In this document: one piece after another, positions 31,461-41,503 of the stretch
Position numbering within the stretch: position 1 is the first letter of the stretch
Layout: every line of letters begins with the position of its first letter
Assembly (NCBI GenBank): GCA_020137815.1
Contig: CM035351.1
Location: 5,828,001-5,892,000 of the forward strand
Direction of reading: 5' to 3'
Origin: Hormiphora californensis
Lineage: Eukaryota > Animalia > Ctenophora
Length of the DNA stretch: 64,000 nt
The notes under the pieces: generated by a model
Database searches by the model: none
Told to the model about the DNA's origin: nothing
Seen by the model: only the letters and a program-made list of their open reading frames with translations
Program-made: the position numbers and the translations under genes

Positions 31461-31859
31461 TCCTTGCTTTTAATAGCGGGCGGGGTATATCAGACAAATT
31501 TTCACCCGCTGACATTCATATAGGGAAATGGAAGTGAATTTGATACTTTGTTCAAGTGCTCACACTTGCACTCTATGTTCCAAAATCCCCCTCTAAACTA
31601 TATACAGCGTGCACTAACCTATTGACACGATATTCTTGACAGCAAGATGTTCCTGTTCATTTATACAGAGCGTCATACCAAGCCTGGAATTATTTTCTCT
31701 CACAAACTCTACCACAAAGGGCCGATCCAAATATCTGTCCATCATATGGTCGTGGTGTCGGGTAGATACACAGTGGTTTTACTAAACGATCTTCAACCTA
31801 GAGGATGATAGGGAGAGTTAATATTGTGCCTAGCTGTTAATAACTTTTTCATAGACATA

Positions 31860-31940
31860 CAGTCGGACCCCGATTTAGTGGCATCCTCGGGGGGAAAATC
31901 CTGCCACTAAATCGGGGGCCACTAAATCGGGGTCCGACTG
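31860..31940. mobile_element. Tc1/mariner-type MITE family (CAGTCGGACCCCGATTT...), TA TSD
   Basis: TA-CAGTCGGACCCCGATTTA...TAAATCGGGGTCCGACTG-TA. Relatives at 51365-51536 (complete) and ~39944-40024, with fragments at ~13978-13999 and ~56797-56816. Confidence 0.9.
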
Positions 31941-32858
31941 TATTGCCAATCTCCCTCTTGTGACTTGACTAGATGATATACTTTTCTTAACATTTTTGTA
32001 GATTCTTAGTGCTCCCTCATGAGACACAGGGACGGCACTCGTGGATGTCCGGGTGTCCGCGGACACCCAGGCCAAAAACTAAAAAGACGGAGAAAGAAAA
32101 GAAAAAATGGAAAAAACCAAAAAGAATGGTGCTCCAACCACAATTTACAATTACTACAGAGTACAGAAGGGCAATTCTTTATCTTGTGTCACCTGTTTGG
32201 AGGTGAGCATCAGCAGCTGCAGCCTGCAGCCCCATCTGAATGACTTTCTTTTATGTAGGGAAACGACGAATCAAAGGAGCTTTGTCTAAAGAGTAAAAAC
32301 TGAATCGAAGAAACGATAAATTTGAGAATTCCACGCGCAGCCCAGCTGTTTTGTCAGCACTGTATATGCTTTCGGCGTGGGAAAAATGCGCGCGGCGTGA
32401 GAATTTCCCACGCTCGTGGGAATTACCGTAAGAGCTTCCACTATGAAAGCGCGAGCAAATTTCAATAATACGAGCGCGCGGCGCTGGTGTATCCAAGCGC
32501 AATTGCATGTAACGCGCGAAAGTTTTATGTAAAATCGCTGCAAAGTGTTTTTACAGCAAACTTTATTGATTCAATTCCATTGATTTCTATACTCCATTTT
32601 TTTTCAACTGTTCACCCCCCAAAGTCGTGCGCGGAATTGTTTTGCGCGTTTATCACATGTTAACGTGTAGCGCGCGCAGCGTAAATTGAAATATCGCACG
32701 CGCACGAGTTGAGGGGTGAACAGTTGAATAAAAATGGACTTTACTGCAAACTTCAAAACCAAACTGAAATTTAAGTTTTTATTTTTGATTTTTTGTCGTT
32801 GCCTCAGTTGCTCCGACTTTCTCGTACTGCTAGCACAGAGCACTAGCTGAATTTATTA

Positions 32859-33169
32859 GGGGAAACTCTAACCGAATGGCATCCCATTAATGGGATCCCA
32901 TCAACAGTAAAACTCTAACTGATAATGGACCACAGTGATGATCTTGTAATCTTGTAATCTTGTTCTTTCTCTGTATTCTCTCTGTGTGCGCGCCCGTGCC
33001 CGGGCATGCCCTATAGTTCTTTCTCTGTATTCTCTCTGTAGGCAGTACATAGATGTACAGCCTACAGAGAGAATACAGAGAAAGAACCATCACTGTGGTC
33101 CATTATCAGTTAGAGTTTTACTGTTGATGGGATCCCATTAATGGGATGCCATTCAGTTAGAGTTTCCCC
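32859..33169. mobile_element. PIF/Harbinger-type (Tourist-like) MITE, TTA TSD
   Basis: ~85-bp TIRs GGGGAAACTCTAAC...GTTAGAGTTTCCCC flanked by TTA on both sides. It ends 109 bp upstream of the PUS7 ATG. Confidence 0.88.
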
Positions 33170-33278
33170 TTAGTTAGGGTTCAGCTTAACTTTAAGAACA
33201 GCTCAGTATCTTTCAGTTATATCTCGGGTATCCGTATCTCGCGTATTCTTTGATTTTCAACAAGCTAGTTTTTCAAGA

Positions 33279-35063
33279 ATGGCTACGGGAGTCCTTCCGC
33301 TTAAAGATATTGTATCCCAGAAATTGGGGATGAAAAGAGAACTCGACAATGATGGTTTTCAGGCATCAAAAAAGCAGAAAGTGTCAAGAACTTTAGATTT
33401 CGGATTGTCAGAATACACATGCTCTGGGTTTAATCCAATATTCGGGCATCTTAAAAACCGCATGGAGGACTTTTTGGTAACTGAGATCTCACCTACCAGT
33501 CAGGAGATACGTCTGAAATCCCTCCAGCCAATAGATCTCCCTTCCGAACCTGGTGCCGAAAACGTCGTGTTAGCAAATCTAACCGATGATATAAAGGAAA
33601 AGCTAGCGTCAATACTTTCTCAGGAACGATCGGTGATTGATTTTCCAGCTGCTGAGAGCAAGGAGGAAAGAACATCATTTCACAAAGCTGTCAGTGGGTA
33701 CAGCGGGAAGTTGTCATCTCAAACTGTTACTGAGGATGGTGTCTCATTGGTGCGGGTCAAGTTAAAAGAGCAAAGGGAACGAACTGGTATCAAGTATCCT
33801 AAAGATGCTAAAACCGTACATTTTACTTTACTGAAGTGGAATCTATCGACAACAGATGCAGTAATGAAGCTATCTCAGCTGCTCAGAGTGAAACCTAACA
33901 GTTTTAACTATGGTGGATTGAAAGATAAACGGGGTATAACAAGCCAACGTGTGAGTTGCAGGTTCATGACAGCCAGACGACTCGCTGGTCTAAATAAATC
34001 TTTCTTGCAGAAAAATACCGATACGTCCCAACCAATCCAGTTCGAGAAAAGCTTCCTATTGGGAGATTTCAGTTACCACCGAGAGGAGATGAAATTGGGG
34101 GATATTGGGGGTAACAATTTCACCATTGTTCTCCGAGACTGCGAGGAGACGACGGAGGAAAACTTGGAAAACCTGAAAAATTCCCTCCTGAAAACTGGGT
34201 TTATCAACTATTTCGGGATGCAGAGATTTGGAAATTGTGGTAACACACATCTAATCGGGAAGTGTATCCTGAAACGTGATTACGAAGGAGCAGTAAAACT
34301 CATCCTCACCCCTTCAACATCACAAAAACCTGACATTAGGGCGGCCGTTGAAAAGTATTCAGAAACAGGGAACGCTGGGGATGCTGTCATGCTGCTACGT
34401 AATAAAAACAATATTGAGGGACTGGTGTTAGCTTCACTGGCGCTGAATGGCAAGAACTACAAGCAGGCGATAAAGACTCTACATTACAAACAACAGACAC
34501 TCTACACACACGCCTTCCAGAGCTATGTGTGGAACCGAGTTGTGTCAAGGAGGATTCAGAGGTTTGGTACCAGCGTTATTCCAGGTGATCTCGTTGAGAA
34601 GGAAGATGATGGCACGCCCCAATGGAAAAGTAAAGCAGTCCGAGTGTTAACTGAGGAAGATGTTGGTAACCATGGTATCGGGGATATCATCATGCCCCTC
34701 CCTGGTTGTGAGGTAACGTTACCTAGCAACGAGTGTGCGGAATTCTACAAGGAGATCCTGGCTGAGGAGGATTTTCCGGCTGAGTATTTGTTAGAGGAGA
34801 GCAGTGTTGCCAAGGAGTTTAATGCAAGGGGAGCATACCGTCCCATCATTTACACCCCACTGGCATTTGAGAGTGAGATGTTGAGGTACAGTGGGGAGAA
34901 TGATAAACTCACCGCAACTGATGTGGATGTGGTTCTAGGGAGAGAGTTCAAGAGAGAGGAAGATCAGGGTGAGAGATTAGCCCTAAAACTATCTTTCTCC
35001 CTCCCTAAATCTTGCTATGCTACCATGTTACTGAGGGAAGTGAGCAGGGGACGAATCGAGTGA
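33279..35063 (+). CDS. PUS7: TruD-family pseudouridine synthase PUS7, intronless
   Basis: 594-aa ORF with KNRMEDFLVTEI, catalytic GLKDKRGITSQ, LGDIGGNNFTIVLR, GFINYFGMQRFG, YTHAFQSYVWN, GAYR and FSLPKSCYATMLLRE motifs. Confidence 0.96.
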   Translation: MATGVLPLKDIVSQKLGMKRELDNDGFQASKKQKVSRTLDFGLSEYTCSGFNPIFGHLKNRMEDFLVTEISPTSQEIRLKSLQPIDLPSEPGAENVVLANLTDDIKEKLASILSQERSVIDFPAAESKEERTSFHKAVSGYSGKLSSQTVTEDGVSLVRVKLKEQRERTGIKYPKDAKTVHFTLLKWNLSTTDAVMKLSQLLRVKPNSFNYGGLKDKRGITSQRVSCRFMTARRLAGLNKSFLQKNTDTSQPIQFEKSFLLGDFSYHREEMKLGDIGGNNFTIVLRDCEETTEENLENLKNSLLKTGFINYFGMQRFGNCGNTHLIGKCILKRDYEGAVKLILTPSTSQKPDIRAAVEKYSETGNAGDAVMLLRNKNNIEGLVLASLALNGKNYKQAIKTLHYKQQTLYTHAFQSYVWNRVVSRRIQRFGTSVIPGDLVEKEDDGTPQWKSKAVRVLTEEDVGNHGIGDIIMPLPGCEVTLPSNECAEFYKEILAEEDFPAEYLLEESSVAKEFNARGAYRPIIYTPLAFESEMLRYSGENDKLTATDVDVVLGREFKREEDQGERLALKLSFSLPKSCYATMLLREVSRGRIE

Positions 35064-35207
35064 TCTGATCTTTTATTCATGTTTTAACTGTTTTAACTGT
35101 TTTTTTGGTAAATTATTGGCTAACGAAACGTGATTTTATTTTGTTCGAACAAGTTCTAATTCTCCTACTTCTGTTTATAGCAAGGTAGTCGTGTCACTTG
35201 GCCGATC

Positions 35208-38200
35208 ATGCCAATTGATTACAGCAAATGGAAAGACATCGAGGTATAGTCTTTCATTGGTTCCAATCTTAAACCATAGCTCCTTCAATTTACCTGTTAC
35301 CTAAGTAATCAATCTGGATTCCCTTTTCCCTCTCTCTCAGCTCTCTAATCTCACCACATCACCATCCTCCAGATCTCTGACGATGAAGATGACACTCACC
35401 CCAACATTGACACACCCTCCCTGTTCCGATGGAGGCATCAGGCCCGTGTTGAGAGGATGGGAGAGTTTGAGAAGAAGAAGAACGACCTGAAGGACAACCT
35501 CGAAGTGTAGGTTTTTTCAGTAATCATGTTACCATATATATTTAGTGCTCGCCTTACACATTACACGTTACATCACTATTCAATAACTTTTTCACGCACA
35601 CTAGATTACACCTTGCTCCATCCTCTTTCACACATATTGGTAAAGGAGGGTTAGAACATAGCAAGCTTTTAGCTTCACCCACTAACATCAGAGATCATGT
35701 CCACCCTTTCTCCCAGGTGAGTCACGAAATGTCATCATAGCAACCCCCCTCAATCTCCCAGGTCTCAGCGAGAATTGGCCGAGCGAAAGAAGAAGTTGAA
35801 AGATGCGGATGATGGAAAGGAGAAACAGGAACTTCAGGCAGACATAACTAAACTTGAGAAACAGTTGAAGGAATGGGAGATGAAGGAGGCTGCACTTGAG
35901 AAAGAAGAAGCACTTGCTCCCTGGAATGTGGATACTATCTGTAGAGATGGGTTTAGCAAAACGGTATATATTGGAGTTTTTACAAATTAAAAACAACGGT
36001 AGTTTTTAAGGTCTATATTGGAGTTTTTTTTTAAATTTTAGTATTACAGGTTTAATATTATGATCATGTTAGATGTCCCTGCAGTAGACAGATAAGATAA
36101 CTAACCCCTCTCCCCCTCCACAGACAGTCAACAAGATCCCAGAGAAACAGAAGGAGATGACCGAGGATGAGAGGATCGAACAAACGGTAATAGAGGCTAG
36201 CTGTGATAGGGGGAAGAACCTGTTCGAAAAATGGTTATTCTCCCTAGAAGCTCCATTCCTCCCCTAGTACTTAGCAGCTAACTCATTGTAAAGATACAAT
36301 CTTCCCCTAACAGTTAGGGCCTAACCGTAGCTCAGAAATATGCTCGTACCATATAGTAGAGGCCATAATTACACTCACCTCCTCTGATGTCTATGAAACT
36401 TCTCCCATGCTAAGAGGTGGCAATAGAGGTTCAAATGCCGCTGAGTTTAAGTCTGAACAATGTTCGGTTCGTTAATTATCGCTAATTGAAAAATGCTAAA
36501 ATGGCCTGAAATCGCCCTAAGTTCCGATTTGAAATTTTGGAGTTGAGACTCCAGACTTCGTAGAGATGTCCGCTAGGATGACAATATGAAGTTAGGTTCA
36601 GAAGTTACCTTTTTACATCAAAAAGGTAACTTCTGAACCTAACTTCTGAACCGTTGAGGTAAGGGATATTTATAGGGGGCTTAAAAGATGCCTTATTTTT
36701 TATCGCCGACGTACAGGAAAGGTACAAATGGCATTTGCATTTTGGTCACGTGACCAAAATTCAGTCTACCCGGCTTTTCGTACCGAATTCGGACGAATTT
36801 AGGCTTCCGTCCGATTTTGGTGCATATTTTCATCTTAGCGGACATCTCTACGAAGTCTGGAGTCTCAACTCCAAAATTTCAAATCGGAACTTAGGGCGAT
36901 TTCAGGCCATTTTAGCATTTTTCAATTAGCGATAATTAACGAACCGAACATTGTTATTAGGGATCAAACGTTGGGGAGGGGGTAAAGCTGGCGCACTTGA
37001 CCGTAATTTGACCTTTTTTATTTTTAGTGACTGACAAACTGTCCGATGAGTACTAGCTTGTTTTATGAGAGAAAGAGAGAGGGAAAGAAGAAACTAGTCA
37101 TATTGTATTTTGATAAGAAAGAAACCATACACTTTTTTCTTTTTTTTTTAGTCCTCCCCGCGCTAACATTTGTCAATCCCTGTTTTACATAACATGTACC
37201 TGTGTCCACGGTTTGACACTTGCACATACACAAAACACACATACAGCATCTCTTCTCTCCTTGAACAGTACCGACACACTAAACACGAGTTTCTCGAGGG
37301 TTCAATTATTGTATTTAGCGGGAGAGAGAAGGAGATTTGTTACAGATACTGAACTACAGAATCATGTCTGAACTAGGCTGCATGTTCATTAACTCTAATT
37401 ATTGCATTGTTTCTCAGTGATGAGGCCGCACTAAACACAGCTCCACCCCTAGTAAACCCTGCCGTATCCTGACTGCTACATCTCTCACCCACTGCCTCAT
37501 CGGCTCCGACCTGTACGTCCACAGAATGGTGTTAGCTGTTGAGTTGAGAGGGACACTGACAGCAAAACTGAAGTTGATCAACTGCATGTAGTACCGTCCA
37601 CCGACTATTGGTCCCATAAACACCATGGCAACCTTGAACAGAGCGGGAGAATGGAGGTATTCGTCTATCAGAATCAGGACAGTGTACATCAAGAGAGGTG
37701 TGTTGCATACCAGGTATATCATTGTCAGTAAGAGGATGGTTTTAGTTGCTGACCCTGACGCTCTCTTCCTGATTCCCTGGGCTGACGGGACATTGCAGAC
37801 ATTGAGTCGGAGAGAAACCAATGAGACAACACAGCTGAGACATACCACCAGGAGAGGGACAATGAACTCTAGGACTGCGACAAAAAGGTAGTACACTTTT
37901 GAGGTTGGGGTGACTGTCTGGCAACATCTCACACCCTCGCTTTGGTATTTGTAGAGGCCCCCCATCCAGAAGGGTACCGTAGACTGGGCAATGATTATAA
38001 CTGTGTAGAGGAATATCAAAGCAAACACTCTTGAGGCACGAGGGGGTGTGGAGAAGGGTCGGACTAACCTGACCGTCCGGGTCACACTAAGTATGGCAAT
38101 CAGGAAGATGGAAACCCGGATCACGGTATGCCAGATAACTGCCCAGACCGAGCAAAACACGTTGTTAGAAAAGAGAAAGGGTTGCCGGTTGCCTAGGTAA

Positions 38201-40991
38201 CTCAGGGTGGTGGGGATATGGCATATAAGGATGAGGTGATCAACGACGCTGATCGAGAGATACAGTTTCGTGCTGAGATTGTTAATCTTTGATCCTCCGA
38301 GGTAGCCCAGTTGTAGGGCTGTCAGGGGGAGACCGATTAGGACGGATAGAAGGGATAGTGATGCGAGGGCAGTCTCACCCAGGTAGACAGAAAGGGGAAC
38401 AGGACCGGTGAAGGGGAGTGTCACTTCCGTGCTGAAGGGGAGAGTGACTTCCGTGCTGTTAGACATGCTAAAAGAGTAATGGTGGTGTTAACAAAATAAA
38501 CAACGATATAATGGTACTAAATCAATATCCAGACTTAACCAAACTCAAGACTCTCTCAAAGGCAAAACGTTACCTTGTTCCAGACTCAGAAGCTGACTGG
38601 ACGAAAAGCTTGCGTGAGAGTGCCCGAATACAGACCACAAACAGTTAGAATATCAGAGAAATTTTGTTTGATTTTGGTGTAATTTTGAGCGTGATATTTT
38701 AGCTACTATCTTTCATACAGACCACAGACTTTATGACAGGTTGCAACACCGTTCTGTCGTGCGGCAGAGTTTGGTACGCTATAACCTAGAGCCACACACA
38801 CACACACACATTGTTCAGACTTAAACTCAGCGGCATTTGAACCTATATTGCCACCTCTTAGCATGGGAGAAGTTTCATAGACATCAGAGGAGGTGAGTGT
38901 AATTATGGCCTCTACTAATATATTGAGCAAACCTCACTTACCAACTCTAACTTCCCCACTCTATTTGCAGCGCTTGTTCATGGACAAGTACAAGGATGAG
39001 ATAGAGAAGTTTGGATTTTACAACAAATGGGGGGACAGCAAGGAATACTTGTTATCTCACCAGCACCTTGTGTGTGAAGACACTGCTAACTATCTGACTA
39101 TTTGGTGTGTCAATCTACAGATGGAGGAGGTAAGAACATTATCCAGGCCCCTCCCGGCTCCCCTCGACCCCCCCCCCCCCCCCGAATTACGGCAATACAT
39201 GAGAATTAGGGACCTAGATAACCCCATCTGATATAATATCTCTCCCATAGAAAAACCAGCTGATGAAGCAAGTAGCCCACCAAACGATAGTGATGCAATA
39301 CATTCTAGAGCTCGCAAAGACCATGAAGGTCCCTCCCATAGCTTGTGTCAGCAGCTTCTTTGACAAGTAAGGATTGTGTTGTGATGATGATCCGTGACCG
39401 CACAGTGGGTCAAAACTGTCATTGACCGCCACTCAAACGGTCGACCGTTTGAGACGTGAACGGCCGTACCACTTTGAAGGGTCGCACAGAAAAGTAGTAG
39501 GAATAGGACTGTGAACATTTTCACCGCATGATTTCAATACTACTAAACTATACTGAAACAAAGATATGTTTTAAATGGGTTTACCACTGACAAACAATTC
39601 CAATAAATTACAATTAAAACTGTAACAACTGTAGCCCGGGAAGGTTCTGCCTCTGGTCATGAAGTCTAAAAGATTAGCCTAGAGCGGATTTATAAGTACT
39701 CGATTGGTTTATAACGATCAATTGAAGTCAAAGAACGAGCGATGCCTCTGGATTTATTTATACCTAGGGAAGTAACATGTATCCCTACTCATTACTAATA
39801 TTCGTCTACCACGTATTGTCGTGATCTGATCACTGATCACGTGAGAGAGAGAAAGAGACACGTCATCTTTTCAATGGCCATTATTATTATCCGGGGTACT
39901 CAGGGACAACATTTAGAGATGAAAATAATATGGAATAATAATACAGTCGGACCCCGATTCACCGGGATGCTCGGGGGAAAGGATTTCGCCCGGTAAATCG
40001 GGGTTCGGGTAAATCGGGGTCCGATCACTCTACTTAATAGATCACCATGACGATAATGCAAAAGTGGAGAAATCGAATAATCTGGTAGTCATTATATTCA
40101 GAGCATTGGTAACTTTGAGTGGCCGTTTGAGTGATTATAATCTGTTATATTTCTTTTTCATTCCAAATCTCTCGCTAATTAAGTTGTGTTTTCCAGGATC
40201 CAAGTGTGTGATTATAATCTGTTATATTTCTTTTTCATTCCAAATCTCTCGCTAATTAAGTTGTGTTTTCCAGGATCCAAGTGTGTGATGACAAGTATAT
40301 GCAAGGATTCAACAATGAACTTGACGCGTTCATTGGACGCATCACTCGAAGAGCGAAGGAGAAAACTGACAAACTTGTGGCTGAGGTTTGTTGAAACACA
40401 ACAAACTTGATTATTTAGTCAACATTTATTTGTGTGTCAGTAATTCTAATTATTTATTCGCCTCACCTCACCTCAGTACGAGGAAGAAGAGAGACAGAAG
40501 AGACTGGGACCTGGAGGTTTGGACCCACAGGAAGTTTACGAGGAGTTGCCTGAGGTAGGACGCCGCGCGGTCTGCGCTGTAAAGAAAGCATTCAGTTTCA
40601 GCACTCTTAAAAACCACACCCCGCGCCATGCGTGAAACATCGAATGGAATCATCGCGATACGAAACTTTTTTGTACTTTTGACTGAGTTCTTTGTCCGGC
40701 GTCCCGTGACCCAATACTATCACTTGTTATTTCCAGGAGTTACAGCAATGTTTCGACTCAAAAGACATACAGATGCTCCAAGATGTCCTGGTATCAATGG
40801 AACCTCGGCAGGCCGAGATATGGCTGAAAAAGTGTATTGACTCCGGGTTATGGGTGCCGGGGGCTAATGATGCACCAGCTGGGGAGGCATCAGAGGAGGG
40901 AGCAGTTGAGGAAACTACTGATACATGTAATAAAGAGCTATCATCACCATCACCACAAGATAATAGCACGCCCGGTAGGACTGCGTTCTAA
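35208..40991 (+). CDS. CDC37: Hsp90 co-chaperone CDC37, 9 exons
   Basis: Exons 35208-35243 ([12 protein letters not shown]), 35373-35506 ([29 protein letters not shown]), 35762-35963 ([15 protein letters not shown]), 36124-36186, 38971-39129 ([15 protein letters not shown]), 39251-39366 ([16 protein letters not shown]), 40274-40385, 40477-40554 ([17 protein letters not shown]) and 40737-40991 (CIDSGLWVP). Confidence 0.97.
36356..38915. mobile_element. ~700-bp long-TIR MITE in CDC37 intron 4, right arm split by a 1852-bp gene-bearing insert
   Basis: The left arm 36356-~36586 pairs with right-arm pieces ~36823-36955 and 38816-38915, with about 3 mismatches seen. TA (or ATA) flanks both ends. 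Internal hairpin at ~36588-36646. Confidence 0.92.
37414..38466 (-). CDS. Class A (rhodopsin-like) orphan GPCR, nested antisense in a CDC37 intron
   Basis: 350-aa single-exon CDS with an N-terminal NST glycosylation site and seven hydrophobic segments. Motifs: LSISVVD (TM2), TM3 Cys and [16 protein letters not shown] (TM6), NSTAN (TM7). Probable 106-bp 5'UTR intron 38573-38468 (AAG|GTAACG ... CTCTTTTAG|CATG). Confidence 0.88.
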   Translation of the reverse strand: MSNSTEVTLPFSTEVTLPFTGPVPLSVYLGETALASLSLLSVLIGLPLTALQLGYLGGSKINNLSTKLYLSISVVDHLILICHIPTTLSYLGNRQPFLFSNNVFCSVWAVIWHTVIRVSIFLIAILSVTRTVRLVRPFSTPPRASRVFALIFLYTVIIIAQSTVPFWMGGLYKYQSEGVRCCQTVTPTSKVYYLFVAVLEFIVPLLVVCLSCVVSLVSLRLNVCNVPSAQGIRKRASGSATKTILLLTMIYLVCNTPLLMYTVLILIDEYLHSPALFKVAMVFMGPIVGGRYYMQLINFSFAVSVPLNSTANTILWTYRSEPMRQWVRDVAVRIRQGLLGVELCLVRPHH

Positions 40992-41503
40992 ACCACCCAT
41001 TCATGTTACAGATATATTCACTATCATATATCACGGCGTGCCCCAGGGTACTTTTAGTTAGGGCAAAATAGCCAAATAAACGGCAAATTAGTGGCAAAAT
41101 TCTTTACAAGCTAATTTCTTCACTAAGTGACCCTAATGGGTCTTGTGAATAACCAAAAAAAAGTTCCAGCTGATCGGAGGTGAGGAAGACCCTCATTTCC
41201 GGGTGGGCGCGGCACCAGTATTTTCAGCCTAATTCCAAAAACGTAACTTTCCTTAGGAAAGGGGTAGAGACAAATCTAAGGACATTAAAATGTGTAGCGT
41301 CCTCGCATTAGTGGGGGTAGACACCCATGAAAAGTTCCTATCTCAATTAGTTAATTGGTTAATTGGATAATTAGATGTGCGCATAGCCGTATCTTTGATA
41401 TTATGCGATTTATACGGCTCAGCCATGAATAATGACCTGTTTTTGACCGCTGAATACGATTATGAGCATATAATGGAACTCAGAGGTGTGAAAAATGTCT
41501 TAA

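Larger units (their letters stand above)
27770..32240 (-). pseudogene. Disabled multi-PDZ gene remnant (MPDZ/PATJ- or PTPN13-like)
   Basis: Exon relics with splice sites encode PDZ segments: AAADAHLQTGD (~32190-32235), FVVEFVRENNSRLGMTLCINEQEHLAVKNIVSIG (31797-31619), GGSEHNNLLTLGD|VIL (30770-30726 / 28522), PFCILIQGGSDTLQGCIRVLSSPA..IIPKDTLLSVAGE (28461-28269) and VLTNCTHDRALEIMREAP (28109-28003). Several frameshifts, stops and a damaged donor are present. Confidence 0.75.

Noticed and set aside
30692-31537. Ala/Arg-rich overlapping ORFs
   Set aside because: Products of the GC-rich 11-bp minisatellite; no domain signal.
36356-38915. Simple Pack-element reading (GPCR captured between 105-bp TIRs)
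   Set aside because: The insert splits one arm of a longer TIR and has its own 8-bp duplication, so it is a secondary insertion. Later mobilisation of the composite remains possible.
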